Assembly: GCA_965237955.1 (NCBI GenBank)
Contig: OZ250169.1
Coordinates: forward strand, 7,616,001 to 7,680,000
Direction: 5' to 3'
From: Candidatus Marinacidobacterales bacterium
Lineage (GTDB): Bacteria; Acidobacteriota; Vicinamibacteria; Marinacidobacterales; SMYC01
Length of the DNA: 64,000 nucleotides
This document shows positions 1 through 10,602 of the stretch, piece after piece. The notes under the pieces were generated by a model. It ran no database searches. It saw only the letters and a program-made list of their open reading frames with translations, and was not told the DNA's origin. The position numbers and the translations under genes were made by a program. Numbering within the stretch: position 1 is the stretch's first letter; each line of letters opens with the position of its first letter.

Positions 1-538
1 CGATCCCGGCGACGCCGAGCGGCTCGGGTTGCGTGCGGTCGAGACGTTTCCCCATCTCTCGATCCTTTTGAACAACGCGAGCATCCTCGGCAAGCGGCAG
101 GCGATCGCGGACGTGGATATCGCCACCTGGGATGACGTGCTGCGCGTGAACACGTCGAGCTTGTTCTACATCACCAAGCCGCTGGTGCCGCACTTGGTGG
201 AACGAGGCGACGGTTCCATCATCAATGTCTCAAGCAGCGTCGGCCGGCACGGCAAGCCGAACTGGGGACCCTACGCAGTGTCGAAGTTCGGTCTCGAAGG
301 CTTCACCCAGGTACTGGCCGCCGAGCTCGAGCCGCGCGGCGTTCGCGTGAACAGCGTGAACCCGGGAGCGACCCGCACCGACATGCGCGCAAGCGCGTAT
401 CCCGACGAAGACCCGACGACTCTGCCGACTCCGGAAGACATCGCCGAGATCTTCGTGTTCCTGGCTTCGGACGAGTCGAAAACGACAAGCGGTCAAGCAT
501 TCGAGGCTCGCGACTACCTGAAAACGACGTGGAGTTGA
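1..538 (+). CDS. SDR family oxidoreductase (YciK-like), 5' end outside window
   Basis: NNAS, SSSVG, YAVSK (YxxxK) and VNPGATRTDMRA motifs. Confidence 0.85.
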   Translation, partial: DPGDAERLGLRAVETFPHLSILLNNASILGKRQAIADVDIATWDDVLRVNTSSLFYITKPLVPHLVERGDGSIINVSSSVGRHGKPNWGPYAVSKFGLEGFTQVLAAELEPRGVRVNSVNPGATRTDMRASAYPDEDPTTLPTPEDIAEIFVFLASDESKTTSGQAFEARDYLKTTWS

Positions 539-551
539 CCGCAATCCGCCG

Positions 552-878
552 ATGGACATACGCACTATTTTCGACGCCTGCCACTTCTCGCCCGAGAAGA
601 TGCAGAAGGTCAGCCTCTTCGCGACGACAGAGCTGTTTTTGGACCTCTACTGTCTCGAGCCCGGGCAGAAACAGAAAGTGCACACCCACGAAGATTCGTC
701 GAAGTTCTACGTCGTCCTCGAGGGACATGCGCGTTTTCACATTGCAGACGAAACCAAGGACGTCGGCCCCGGCCAAGCGGTTCTCGCTCGAGCCGGCGAG
801 CTGCACGGTGTGGAGAACACGACCCCCGATCGCGTCGTGCTGCTCGTGGGGATGGCACCGCCGCCGACACACGCCTGA
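552..878 (+). CDS. Cupin domain protein
   Basis: PGQ..HTH...YVVLEG and GELHGV cupin motifs. Confidence 0.85.
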   Translation: MDIRTIFDACHFSPEKMQKVSLFATTELFLDLYCLEPGQKQKVHTHEDSSKFYVVLEGHARFHIADETKDVGPGQAVLARAGELHGVENTTPDRVVLLVGMAPPPTHA

Positions 879-884
879 TCACAC

Positions 885-1063
885 ATGAGCGGCCGAGAGA
901 CATTCGGCTCACGCTTCGGCTCGTTGATGGCGCTATCAACCGTGGAAGCTCGATTCAAATCGGCCAGTTCTGGATCTTCTGGATTCGGTGGGTGATCCCG
1001 GCAGCGATCGTCGTTATCCTCGTATCCGGCTGGTGGCCACAACTCAACCAATTGTGGACGTGA
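885..1063 (+). pseudogene. Remnant of sodium-dependent (NSS/SNF family) transporter with its middle deleted
   Basis: MSGRETFGSRFGSLMA (typical N-terminus) joined out of frame to INRGSSIQIGQFWIFWIRWVIP (typical C-terminus). Confidence 0.65.
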
Positions 1064-1085
1064 TCACGATGTTGGAGACGCGCAC

Positions 1086-1863
1086 ATGAAACTTCGAGAC
1101 CGTAAAGCCTTTATCACCGGCGCGAGCCGCGGCATCGGCCGCGCCATCGCCCTCGCGTTCGCCAAAGAGGGCGCGGTGCTCGCGCTCGGCGCACGCTCGA
1201 TGGACTCGCTCGAGAAGCTCGCCGCGGAGATTGAAGCGGACGGCGGGAAGGCCGTTCCCATCCAAATCGACGTCGGCAGCGGTAGCTCCATCGCCGACGC
1301 ACAAGCGGCGGTCGGCGAGAAGCTCGGTGATATCTATATCGTCGTCAACAACGCCGGCATTGCGAGAAGCGTCAAAGTGCTCGACATGGACGACGAGCAC
1401 TGGCAGTCCCACCTCGACATCAACCTCACCGGCACGTTCCGCGTGACACGGGCGTTCTTGCCGGGGCTCGTCGCGGAAGGTTGGGGTCGTGTCATCAATA
1501 TCGCATCGACGGCGGGCAAAGTCTGTTTTCAATACACGGCCGCCTACTGCGCGAGCAAGCACGGTGTCATTGGGTTGACGCGCGCGCTCGATCTCGAAAT
1601 GGCGTCGGAAAACGTTACCGTCAACGCGATCTGCCCCGAGCTTCGTCAATACCGACATGACGTCCGAGGCGGCCAGAAACATCGCCCAGAAAACCGGCGG
1701 GAGCGAAGCGGACGCGCTTCGATGGCTGAAGAAGTTTTCGCCGCAGAATCGTTTCGTCGAGCCCGAGGAAGTCGCCGCGGTCGCGGTCATGCTCGCCTCC
1801 GAAGACGCGCGCGGCATTAACGGCCAGGCAATCAATATCGACGGTGGGGCCGTCGTCTATTGA
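1086..1863 (+). pseudogene. SDR oxidoreductase (3-oxoacyl-ACP reductase/3-hydroxybutyrate dehydrogenase-like), +1 frameshift at C4 run 1634-1637
   Basis: TGASRGIG, NNAG, YCASK; C-terminus SFVNTDMT...INGQAINIDGG continues in another frame. Could be a sequencing error. Confidence 0.75.
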
Positions 1864-2004
1864 GGCGCTGGCCGATGCGTTGTTGCGCGTGTCTCAGCTT
1901 GTGATGCGACATCCAGAGATTGCGGAGATGGATATCAATCCCCTAATCTCACTCGAAGACGGGGCTGTCGCGGTGGACGCTCGGATTCAGTTGACGGAGG
2001 AGTG
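1862..2004 (+). pseudogene. C-terminal remnant of ADP-forming acetate-CoA ligase / acetyltransferase ATP-grasp domain
   Basis: EALADALLRVSQL..HPEIAEMDINPL....GAVAVDARI* with no start. Confidence 0.7.
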
Positions 2005-2030
2005 AGGCTGGACCGATGGATCGGGCAGGC

Positions 2031-3914
2031 TCAGAGCGCATTAGCCCTTTGGTCCGCGAAAAAGACCCACTGTTGCCAGAAGCCGATGACGGTTAGCGCG
2101 AGTAGGATACCCGCTCCTACGAGTCGGCGCGCTCCGCCTCGATGCAAAAGCTCCGCGAGCAAGACCGCCGACGTGATGCACACGAACGGTGTCAGGAACA
2201 ATGTTTCGTGTCCATGCAAGAAAACATCTGGAATCTTCGCGCGGCCGAGGAGCAACAAGAAATACGTGAGGATCCACGCCGAGAACACGAGCCGGGGAAC
2301 CCTGCGCACGAACATGAGCCCGAGACCGACCGCCGCCAGAACCGGGTACAAAAGGCCGAAAAACTCGTAGCTCCGCTTCGCTGTCGTTTCGAAAAAGCCG
2401 GTGATGGGGTAGCGCGATTCGGCAGCGACGCCTCCGACCATGCGCGAGGTAACGTCTGTGACCATCGGTAGAAAGTCACGGTAAAACACGGCGAACGCGA
2501 TGAGGCCACCAACGGCGCCCATGCCGAGCACCCGAAGCGCAAGCTGTCGTCGATGCTCGCCCGCGAAGAAAACCGCCAGCACAGCAAGGCCGGCCACGAA
2601 CAAGCTGATGTTGATAACCCCGGAAACGTAGGCCAGTTGCGAGCACGCGACGAGAACGCCACCGACGAGCCATTGACGCCTCTCGGCCAATCCAGCGAGA
2701 TTGCGAAAAATCCAATACACGAACGCGATGTCTACAGCGTGACCGAAGAGCGATGGCAAGAAAGCGTAGCTCAGACGCGACGAGTACGTCGGAATGACGA
2801 CCATGAGAATCGCACCGACAACGGGCACCGGAGAAGCAAAACCGAAGCTACGAGAGAACGCCCACACGAGTGCGATCGGCACGGTAGAGATCGCGGCAGC
2901 GGCGAGCTTCAGTGTCAGCACGAGCGCGTCGTAGCCGAGATCGAAGAAAGCGAACGGGAGATGAAACATGGGCGTGTACGGAAACGCGTACGTTTGCCCG
3001 TACGCTTCGGTCACCCATACGTTGTGCTCGGTGATCACCGAAGAGGGCGACACGAGAAAATCGAGACCGGCTTCGTGCACGAAACCGACGAGACGCGCAT
3101 GGGTACGCAAATCCGGGTAGTAGAAATCCGGATGGTTGACGGCCGCCGCCCGCACGAGGAACGCGACGAGCATGAACCCGAAAACGAGTCGTAGCGTTGC
3201 CCTATCGACCTTGATAAGCCGGCCGATACCGAGCACCGCGAGACCAAAAAGCGGGACTGCGATCGCAAGCCCTCGAACGAGCCGGTGCGTCAGCCACGGG
3301 TCGCTCCAAAGCCCGAAGGCGAGCGCGAGCGCGAGCGGCGCGGTCAGAGTCGCGGCGCGCGCTACGGCGGCTCCCGACGCAATCCACACCATGAGGAGCA
3401 TGAGGGTGATGACGATCGGTTGCCAGAACGCCCAACCGATGAGCCGCACCGAAGACTGGTCTCCGAGATCGAAGCGCACCCAATCCAGCTTGATCCCCAT
3501 GTTCTGACGCTCGTGCGAGTCACAACGCACAGCGAAGCTCAAAGGAGTGTCGAGAACCGCAAGGGATCCGTGGCGCTCCTCGAACGCTCCGCCGCGCCGC
3601 GAGAACCCATCGATGGGAACTCCGCTGACGTCCACCTCGATCTCAGCCGTCTCACCGAAGACGCGCGCATAGCGATAGACGACATCGACGGGACCGCCTT
3701 CGACACGAAGCGGCAACGCTATGGTGGCATCATAGGTCGTCCAATGGGTCGCGAGCTTCTCGTCGATCTCGTAAGCGGGGAGAAATCCCTCGAGATAAGG
3801 CGTGTCGCCCGGCCCGAGGTTGAAATCGATAATGCGTGGGCCCGAGCTCCCCATCCACGCCGCGACGAGCGGCAGAAGAAGAGCAATTCCCGCCAGCCGT
3901 TCGAGGCGCCGCAC
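2031..3914 (-). CDS. Polytopic membrane protein, possible GT-C glycosyltransferase
   Basis: Many TM segments, YYPDLRTH and FPYTP loops, located in glycan operon. Confidence 0.55.
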   Translation of the reverse strand: MRRLERLAGIALLLPLVAAWMGSSGPRIIDFNLGPGDTPYLEGFLPAYEIDEKLATHWTTYDATIALPLRVEGGPVDVVYRYARVFGETAEIEVDVSGVPIDGFSRRGGAFEERHGSLAVLDTPLSFAVRCDSHERQNMGIKLDWVRFDLGDQSSVRLIGWAFWQPIVITLMLLMVWIASGAAVARAATLTAPLALALAFGLWSDPWLTHRLVRGLAIAVPLFGLAVLGIGRLIKVDRATLRLVFGFMLVAFLVRAAAVNHPDFYYPDLRTHARLVGFVHEAGLDFLVSPSSVITEHNVWVTEAYGQTYAFPYTPMFHLPFAFFDLGYDALVLTLKLAAAAISTVPIALVWAFSRSFGFASPVPVVGAILMVVIPTYSSRLSYAFLPSLFGHAVDIAFVYWIFRNLAGLAERRQWLVGGVLVACSQLAYVSGVINISLFVAGLAVLAVFFAGEHRRQLALRVLGMGAVGGLIAFAVFYRDFLPMVTDVTSRMVGGVAAESRYPITGFFETTAKRSYEFFGLLYPVLAAVGLGLMFVRRVPRLVFSAWILTYFLLLLGRAKIPDVFLHGHETLFLTPFVCITSAVLLAELLHRGGARRLVGAGILLALTVIGFWQQWVFFADQRANAL

Positions 3915-3941
3915 GACTCTCTCAGTCCGTCTTAGTCCGTG

Positions 3942-5351
3942 TTAATCGACGATGCGGTAGCTACGCACTCGTTTTTCGAGAGCGTCCCAGATGTCTCCGG
4001 CGGTGTCGCCGTTCGCGACGCCCTCCGCGATGAAGCGCCCCATGTCGAGGCAGTGATCCGAGTTGTTGTAGTTGAACATTCCGAGCCGGCCCGTCGGGAT
4101 CAAATTGTCGACCACGCGGAGCCTCGCGTACCGCTCGGCGAGGCGCTCGCGATAATCGATGGAATAGACCGGATAAAAGTCGCGAAAGCGTTTGACGAAG
4201 CTCGCCGACAGACGGTCTTCACTGGTCACCCCGACGGATTCGATTGCTCGCAGACACCGCTTCGCGAGATCTTCGTCGGAAGACTTCCATAGCTCGTCGT
4301 CCATATCGCACGTCAAATCGCAGCAAAGCACCGTCTTTCCCTCGGGTCCGAGCTCGGCGCTCATCGCCTTCTGCTCGAACAGACGGCTGAACGGGAACTC
4401 TCGCTCCGGAAAGAAAATCCAATGGTCTTCGAGCACGCGATCTTCATCGATAACGAGATAGACGAGAAGAAGTTGACGCGAACGGAGATCCGCCCTGTCC
4501 GTGTCGCCACCGCCGACGCCGAGAAGATCGGACAACCCATGGATGGGGATCGAAGAGACGAGGAGATCGCAGGGGAGGAGCGTGTGCTCGGAACCTTGTT
4601 CGACACGGAGTTCCGTCACTCGAGCGCCGTCACGCTCAACGCCGACGACGGTCGCACCGGTCAAGATGCGGCCGGAGGCCGCCTTCACGTTCGAAGCCAG
4701 CTTGTCGGGAAACGCGCCGAAGCCTTTCCGTGGATAGTAGAAAAACGGCGCGTCCACGTCCGGCGTGCTCTCCTTCAGCTTCAGGAGTCGCAAGATCAGC
4801 TCGGTGGCGCCGCCGGAAGGAATGCGCGCCGCGGCGAGCTCGGCCGCGAGCTTTTTCGGGTCGCCCCACACTTTCCACGCGAGCGGCTCGAACACGAGCT
4901 CGTAGACCGCACGGCCAAAGCGACGGACGACGTAGTCCTCGTAGGAAGCCGGCGGCTTTCCGTTGATGACGCCCGACACCATCGCCGCCGCATAGTCGAG
5001 GCCCATTTTCACGGAGCGCACCGGGCCGAGAAGCGGCAACAGGTTCCCGAGGCTTAAAGGGTAATCGAGGTAGCGACCGAGAAGCCGAATCCGGTTCCTC
5101 TTCTGATGCTCGATGAGCTCGTCGCCCATGATCGATTTCAGCTCGTCCAACACACCCGGCACCACCGAGTACATCTTGTGCGGCCCATGATCGAGGGTGA
5201 ACCCATGACTCTGGAAGCTCGCGCACAGACCTCCGGTGTGAGGCGCTTTTTCCACGACGGTGACCCGATGTCCGTCGCGCGCAAGATAGTGGGCGGCAGC
5301 GAGCCCGGCGACACCGCCACCGAGGATGACGACGTTCTTGGGCTCAGCCAT
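3942..5351 (-). CDS. FAD-dependent oxidoreductase (protoporphyrinogen oxidase / UDP-galactopyranose mutase-like)
   Basis: GGGVAG...EK, DHGPH, GRLGMFNYNNSDH motifs. Confidence 0.8.
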   Translation of the reverse strand: MAEPKNVVILGGGVAGLAAAHYLARDGHRVTVVEKAPHTGGLCASFQSHGFTLDHGPHKMYSVVPGVLDELKSIMGDELIEHQKRNRIRLLGRYLDYPLSLGNLLPLLGPVRSVKMGLDYAAAMVSGVINGKPPASYEDYVVRRFGRAVYELVFEPLAWKVWGDPKKLAAELAAARIPSGGATELILRLLKLKESTPDVDAPFFYYPRKGFGAFPDKLASNVKAASGRILTGATVVGVERDGARVTELRVEQGSEHTLLPCDLLVSSIPIHGLSDLLGVGGGDTDRADLRSRQLLLVYLVIDEDRVLEDHWIFFPEREFPFSRLFEQKAMSAELGPEGKTVLCCDLTCDMDDELWKSSDEDLAKRCLRAIESVGVTSEDRLSASFVKRFRDFYPVYSIDYRERLAERYARLRVVDNLIPTGRLGMFNYNNSDHCLDMGRFIAEGVANGDTAGDIWDALEKRVRSYRIVD

Positions 5352-6294
5352 TTCGAGCTCGCTTTTTGGCGACGACCATCGTTTGCCCCACCCAATAGTG
5401 GAACGGCAGCCGGCTCAGGCGAAGGGTGTCCATCGTTTTCGTGACGACCCCTCCGAGCGGCCCGAGATACGGCGCGGCGCGCTCGGACACGTAGCCGAGC
5501 TCGAGCGTCTGGATGTGCTTGCGGAAGACGAGCGGCTCGAAGTCGGTTCGCCGCAAGAGCTCCCGCATGGTGTCGGGAACAAAGTAGTAAAGATGTACGG
5601 TGAGGAGAAACGGCCATCGCGATCCGAGCAGACGCGCCGCGCCACTCCCGTAGTCAGGGTACGTCAACGCCAAGATGCCGTTTTCCGACAACAGCTCGTG
5701 AGCACGCTCGCGCACCGCTTTCGGATCGGGCGTGTGCTCCAAAACGTCCCACGCGGTGAGAAGGTCGATGCTTCCCTTCTCGAACGGGGCATCGAAGAGC
5801 GTTCCTTGGTGAAGCGATAGGCCGTAGTGCTCTTTCGCGAAATTGCACGTGCTCGGCTCACAGCCGCGGGGCTCGTATCCGGCTTCTCGCGCGATGGCGA
5901 GAAACGATCCACCCGCGGTGCCCACATCGAGAACGCGCTTTCCCGGCGGTTCGCAGGCCGCTTCGACGCGGGCGAGACAGCGCGCGAACGTGTTCTCGCG
6001 AAACGCGATCTGCGAAACGAACTGCGCGTCTTCCGCACCCTGGTAGCCGTCGAGGACGAGGTCAGCTCGGAGCCGAGGGCGCACGTAGACGAGACCGCAG
6101 TCTTTGCAGCGAACTGCCTGATCTTTCAGCGGCTCGTCACCGGAGGAGCGAAAAACGACATCGAGGTCGATGGGAGCTTCCGGATCCCGCTTCGAAGGGA
6201 TCACGACATCGAACTCGTCGGATCCGCAGATCGCGCACGAGACGCTTTCGCGTGCCGACGCTTCGGGCTTGCTCGCCGCGGGCGTGGCCGTCAC
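5344..6294 (-). CDS. Class I SAM-dependent methyltransferase with N-terminal Zn ribbon
   Basis: CAIC/CKDC, VLDVGTAGG, WDVLEH; GTG start overlaps the upstream gene's stop (GTGA). Confidence 0.8.
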   Translation of the reverse strand: MTATPAASKPEASARESVSCAICGSDEFDVVIPSKRDPEAPIDLDVVFRSSGDEPLKDQAVRCKDCGLVYVRPRLRADLVLDGYQGAEDAQFVSQIAFRENTFARCLARVEAACEPPGKRVLDVGTAGGSFLAIAREAGYEPRGCEPSTCNFAKEHYGLSLHQGTLFDAPFEKGSIDLLTAWDVLEHTPDPKAVRERAHELLSENGILALTYPDYGSGAARLLGSRWPFLLTVHLYYFVPDTMRELLRRTDFEPLVFRKHIQTLELGYVSERAAPYLGPLGGVVTKTMDTLRLSRLPFHYWVGQTMVVAKKRARNG

Positions 6295-7140
6295 CGGACC
6301 CTCCTGCGGAGCACTTGAAGCTCGCGGAAGCCGGTGTTGATGGCGTTCATCATCAAGCCGACGATGACGAGCGCGAACGCGAGCAACAGGAGCCCGACGA
6401 CCACGACCGCGTGGGTGTAGCTTGGCACGCTTGCGAGAAACCCGAAGCCCCACGCCGCAGCGTAACCTATTGCGATCATCCCGAGAACCGCCGCGAGCAC
6501 GCTGAAAAAGTACAGCGGGCGATGATTGCGGAGCAACATGGCAATGGTAATGAGAATCCGGTAACCGTCGCCAAACGGGCTCAACTTCGAGTAGCCTCCC
6601 GACGGTCGCTCACGATAGCGGATCGGGATTTCCTCGATCACCATCCCCTTGCCGAGCGCCTGCAACGTCAACTCGGTCTCGGTCTCGAAGCCTCCCGTGA
6701 TCAGAGGCACGGAGCGCAGGAAGTTCCGGTTCATCACCCGGTAGCCCGACAGAATATCTTTGAAGGAAGTCCGGAAGACGAAGTTCATGATCCCGATGAT
6801 GAGGTGATTGCCGAATCGTCTCAGGTCATTGAGCGCCCGACCCGAGGCGTCTTTCAACCGGTTACCGACCACCATGTCGGCACGATCCTTCACCACCGGC
6901 TCCAGCAGAGCGTGCACGTCTTCGGCGAAGTAGGTGTCATCGCCATCGACGACGACGAGGACGTCGGCATCGACCGTTTCGAAAATCGATTGCATGACGT
7001 AGCCCTTGCCCGGTCGCTTTTCGAGGACGACGCGAGCGCCCGCCGCGACCGCCTCGTCACCGGTGGCGTCGGTGGAGGCGTTGTCGAAAACGACGATCTC
7101 CGCGTCGGGGAGCTCACGCCGAAAATCCTTAACAACTTTG
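6291..7140 (-). pseudogene. Glycosyltransferase family 2, 5' end removed at ISL3 junction
   Basis: Frame is open from KVVKDFRRELPDAEIVVFDNAST through DGDDTY and SGYR; IPxxNE N-terminus is absent. Confidence 0.8.
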
Positions 7141-8929
7141 CCTCTCCTGCCATTTCAGTGGATCCTCTCGAGGGTGAGACCGCCACAGTTTAGGTAGACG
7201 AGACTGATGAGAGCTTCGGCAGAGTGGAGTCCAAAGCTGCGGTGGCTCAGCAGCCTGATTTTGTTGTTCATTCCTTCGAGTCGGCCGTTGCTGAGTCTCC
7301 ACGTGACCCACGCGATGACGCCATCGAAGTGGCTGCGGATCATCTTCGCCGCGCGTTTGACGGGCTCTATCCTCGAGCTCATAGCGCGCCGCAGCCATCC
7401 TCGGAGAAACTTCTTGGCCCATGTCTCGGTTTTGTAGGTGTAGAGGTCCATGAAGTCGTCGCGCAGAAGCATGGCGCGGTAGAGGCGACGATTAGCTCGC
7501 ACCTGCTCGCGGAGCACCCGTTTGTCTTTCGCGCTGCGGTTGTGTTTGGCCTTGAGAAGGGGAAACTTGGTGTTCTTGAGGTTGCGCCGGGCAGTCCCTT
7601 TGAGCTCGCGCACCAGCTCGCGCCGGGTCTTATCCACGGCCTCGTTCAGATGCTTGACGATGTGGAAGCGGTCAAAGATCACCCGTGCCTGAGGAGCCTT
7701 TTTGCCGACGACAGTTATGTACGGCTCCCACATGTCCATGCTGACCGCTTCGAGCTCCGCGGCTCTTTGTGGTCCGAGCTTGCGGAAAAACCGCAGCAGC
7801 GTCTTGGCCTTGCGCTCCTTTCCCGCCCAGACGACCCGGCCGCTGAGATGGTCTATTACCACTGTTAAGTACTTGTGGCGTTTGCGGTAGCTGATCTCGT
7901 CCATCCCAATCACCCGCAATCCATCGAGCTCGCGCCGCTCATCCCGCTGCTCGGCAACCACTCGCTGGATGATCCGTCGCACCGAACGCCACGTCACTCG
8001 GAAATAGTTCGCTACGGCGCTGACGTCCGTCCTCTGTGCCAGCCACGCTACCTCTTGTTCGAAGCTTTTGGTAAAGCGGCTTCCCTTGTCGGCCCAAGGC
8101 ACCTTTTCTCTGACCACTCCACACCGCCGACATACCACTCGTCGGATCGAGTAGCGAAGATAGGTCCGGACTCCGAACAGGTCCAAGTGCCGCCAGTAGC
8201 GATTGTAGCGATCTTTGTTCTTGCGGACCTTTCGTCCGCAAATCCCGCACAGAGGCTTCCTCCTCCGTGGTACTACATCCACCACCACTCTGGCTTTGTC
8301 CGCCTGGAAGTGGAAACCTCGGACCCACAGGCCTTGCAATCCGATGAGCTTGTTGACTAACGTAGTAACGCGCATCGCGGGAACGCTCTTTTCTCTTTCG
8401 GAAAAAAAGATTCTAGCGTTCTCGCCGATGCGCATCTACACATGGCTTACCCTCTCAACCCACGGGCCTCACCAAATGCCACTGCCCCTCAGCGGGAGAC
8501 GAGGCTGTGGGAAACGCCCCCACGGTTCTGGTCGTTCAGACCTTGCTCACGACTGAGTTCTCTTCGAAGCCTGGAAGGGCGTTTTCCATAGCCTCCACTA
8601 ATCGAGCCCCCCCTTCCTTATTCCATATGAATTAATCTTTCTTGTATATATATCAGGAGGGGCCTGTGGGCGCTCGTGGGAAACGCGAAGCGTTTTCCAA
8701 GCGATTGTGGAAAACGCCGCTCCACGTTTGTACGTGCTCACAACCTTTCCCTAAACGCCTCTCTCGCCCGGAGTTTTCGGCGTTTTCCACAATCGCGGCA
8801 GCGTCCATAGGCCATGCCCTCCAACACAAATCAGATCCCCCGAAACGACAGGAGAACCCAAACTTTTCCCACCGTCGGCGCTTCATTGAAGCACGGAACG
8901 GCAATGGCGATGCGCAAAACTGAGTCGAG
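7140..8929 (-). mobile_element. ISL3 family element (transposase 7155-8375); upstream boundary approximate
   Basis: CGIC Zn finger, WRHLD, GMDE, SMDMW, DRFHIVK, SNGRLEGMNNKI. Confidence 0.9.
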
Positions 8930-8934
8930 ACCTC

Positions 8935-10200
8935 CTAGTCCCATGGAACAGAAAAAGCTAGACAACGCCGGCCCTCCTGTGATCTGCTAAATGCATGAAA
9001 CACAAGGGCCGGCGAAAAGCCGAATTGAAGCTGTCGTCTCAAGAAAGCGAAGCGCTGACGCGACTGGCGCGACGCAGCCGTAGTTCGCCGCACCAAGCCT
9101 TCCGAGCGAAGATCGTGCTGGATTGCGCGGCGGGTCTGACGAATATGGAAGTTGCTAGGAAGATGCACACCATGAGGAGCACGGTGGGCAAGTGGCGAAG
9201 ACGCTTTGTAGAACAACGAATGGAAGGGTTGTACGACGAACCTCGGCCGGGAGCGGCTCGCAAAATCGGCGATGACCAGATCGAGGAAGTCGTGACCAAG
9301 ACGCTGGCGACGACTCCAAAGGGGAGAACCCATTGGAGTACGCGCTCGATGGCCAAGCATCTTGGGCTGAGTCATTCGACGATTGGACGTATTTGGCGAA
9401 CGTTCGGGCTTCAACCGCACCGCTCGGAATCGTTTCGTCTCTCGCAAGACCCACAACTGGTCGAAAAAGTACGCGACGTTGTTGGCCTGTATATGAACCC
9501 ACCGGATAACGCGGTCGTCCTGTGCGTCGACGAGAAATCGCAGATTCAAGCGCTCGAGCGTGCTCAACCTGTCCTGCCCATGAGCTTGGGCCAGCCCGAG
9601 CGACAAACCCACGACTACATTCGGCATGGAACGACTGACCTGTTTGCCGCACTCGACGCCGCAACAGGTGAAGTCTTCGGAAAGTGCTACGCGCGACATC
9701 GAGCGCTAGAGTTCAAGAAGTTCCTCGCTGAGATCGAAGCAGCCGTTCCCAGCGAGTTGGACATCCACGTCGTGCTCGACAATCTCGCCACGCACAAGAC
9801 ACCGGCGATCAAACGCTGGCTTTCCAAGCGACCTCGCTTCCACTTTCACTTCACACCGACACACGCCTCTTGGCTCAACTTCGCTGAGCGCTTCTTTGGC
9901 TTGCTCACCGAACACGCCTTGCGACGAGGCTCGCACACGAGCGTGCCTCAGCTCCGCGTTGCGATACAAGACTATCTAGGCGCTTTCGGCCAGGGCGAAG
10001 ACCTTCTTCCGGATCAGCGCATGAACTTGCGTCATGACGCGGAGGTCCGTGCGCGAATGCTCACAACGAGAACCCAAAGCCGTTCAAGTGGACGAAATCC
10101 GCCGACCAAATCCTCGAAACCATCGCTCGGTTCGCCCAGCGAACGCTCGATACACATGGCAAATCGAATTTGGGCAGTAATTAAAGATCCAGGGGACTAG
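8935..10200 (+). mobile_element. IS630 family element; transposase from 8995 disrupted near its C-terminus
   Basis: [24 protein letters not shown]; ends CTAGTCCC...GGGACTAG. Confidence 0.9.
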
Positions 10201-10329
10201 TCCCCTGGATCTTTGATTACTATACAAAGTTAGGCTTTTCGCCAGCCCATAATATTCATAAGATTCATGCACTTAGAAGGGTTCCGGCAAGCTCTGCTTT
10301 ATCTAGTTTGTTCTGATACAGGGGACTAG
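10197..10329 (-). mobile_element. IS630-related MITE, inverted, sharing CTAG with the adjacent IS630
   Basis: CTAGTCCCCTGGATC...GATACAGGGGACTAG; both ends resemble the IS630 ends; no ORF. Confidence 0.75.
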
Positions 10330-10602
10330 ACTTAAGCAATCGCAATGCCATCTGCGCTCGTAGCGAACGTCATTCCAACCGATTTAGTTGGATAGGTTTA
10401 GCGGTGCAAGCGCGCGAGCAGTTGACTCCGCTATGGGCATTCCCCTACAACGGCCCGCCGATCCCCACATCAAAATGCGCGATCCCGTGTTAGCATGGCC
10501 GCCCCGTTTCCGGGAAATTCGCGCGACGTTCCTATCTCAATAGAGGGACGACGTCCACCTCCATTCACCGTTGAAAACGAACGAGAGCTAAACTAAGGCG
10601 GC

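Noticed and set aside
10049-10055. GTGCG, the group II intron 5' consensus, in the IS630 insert
   Set aside because: Lies at the wrong end of the insert, with no domain V or RT
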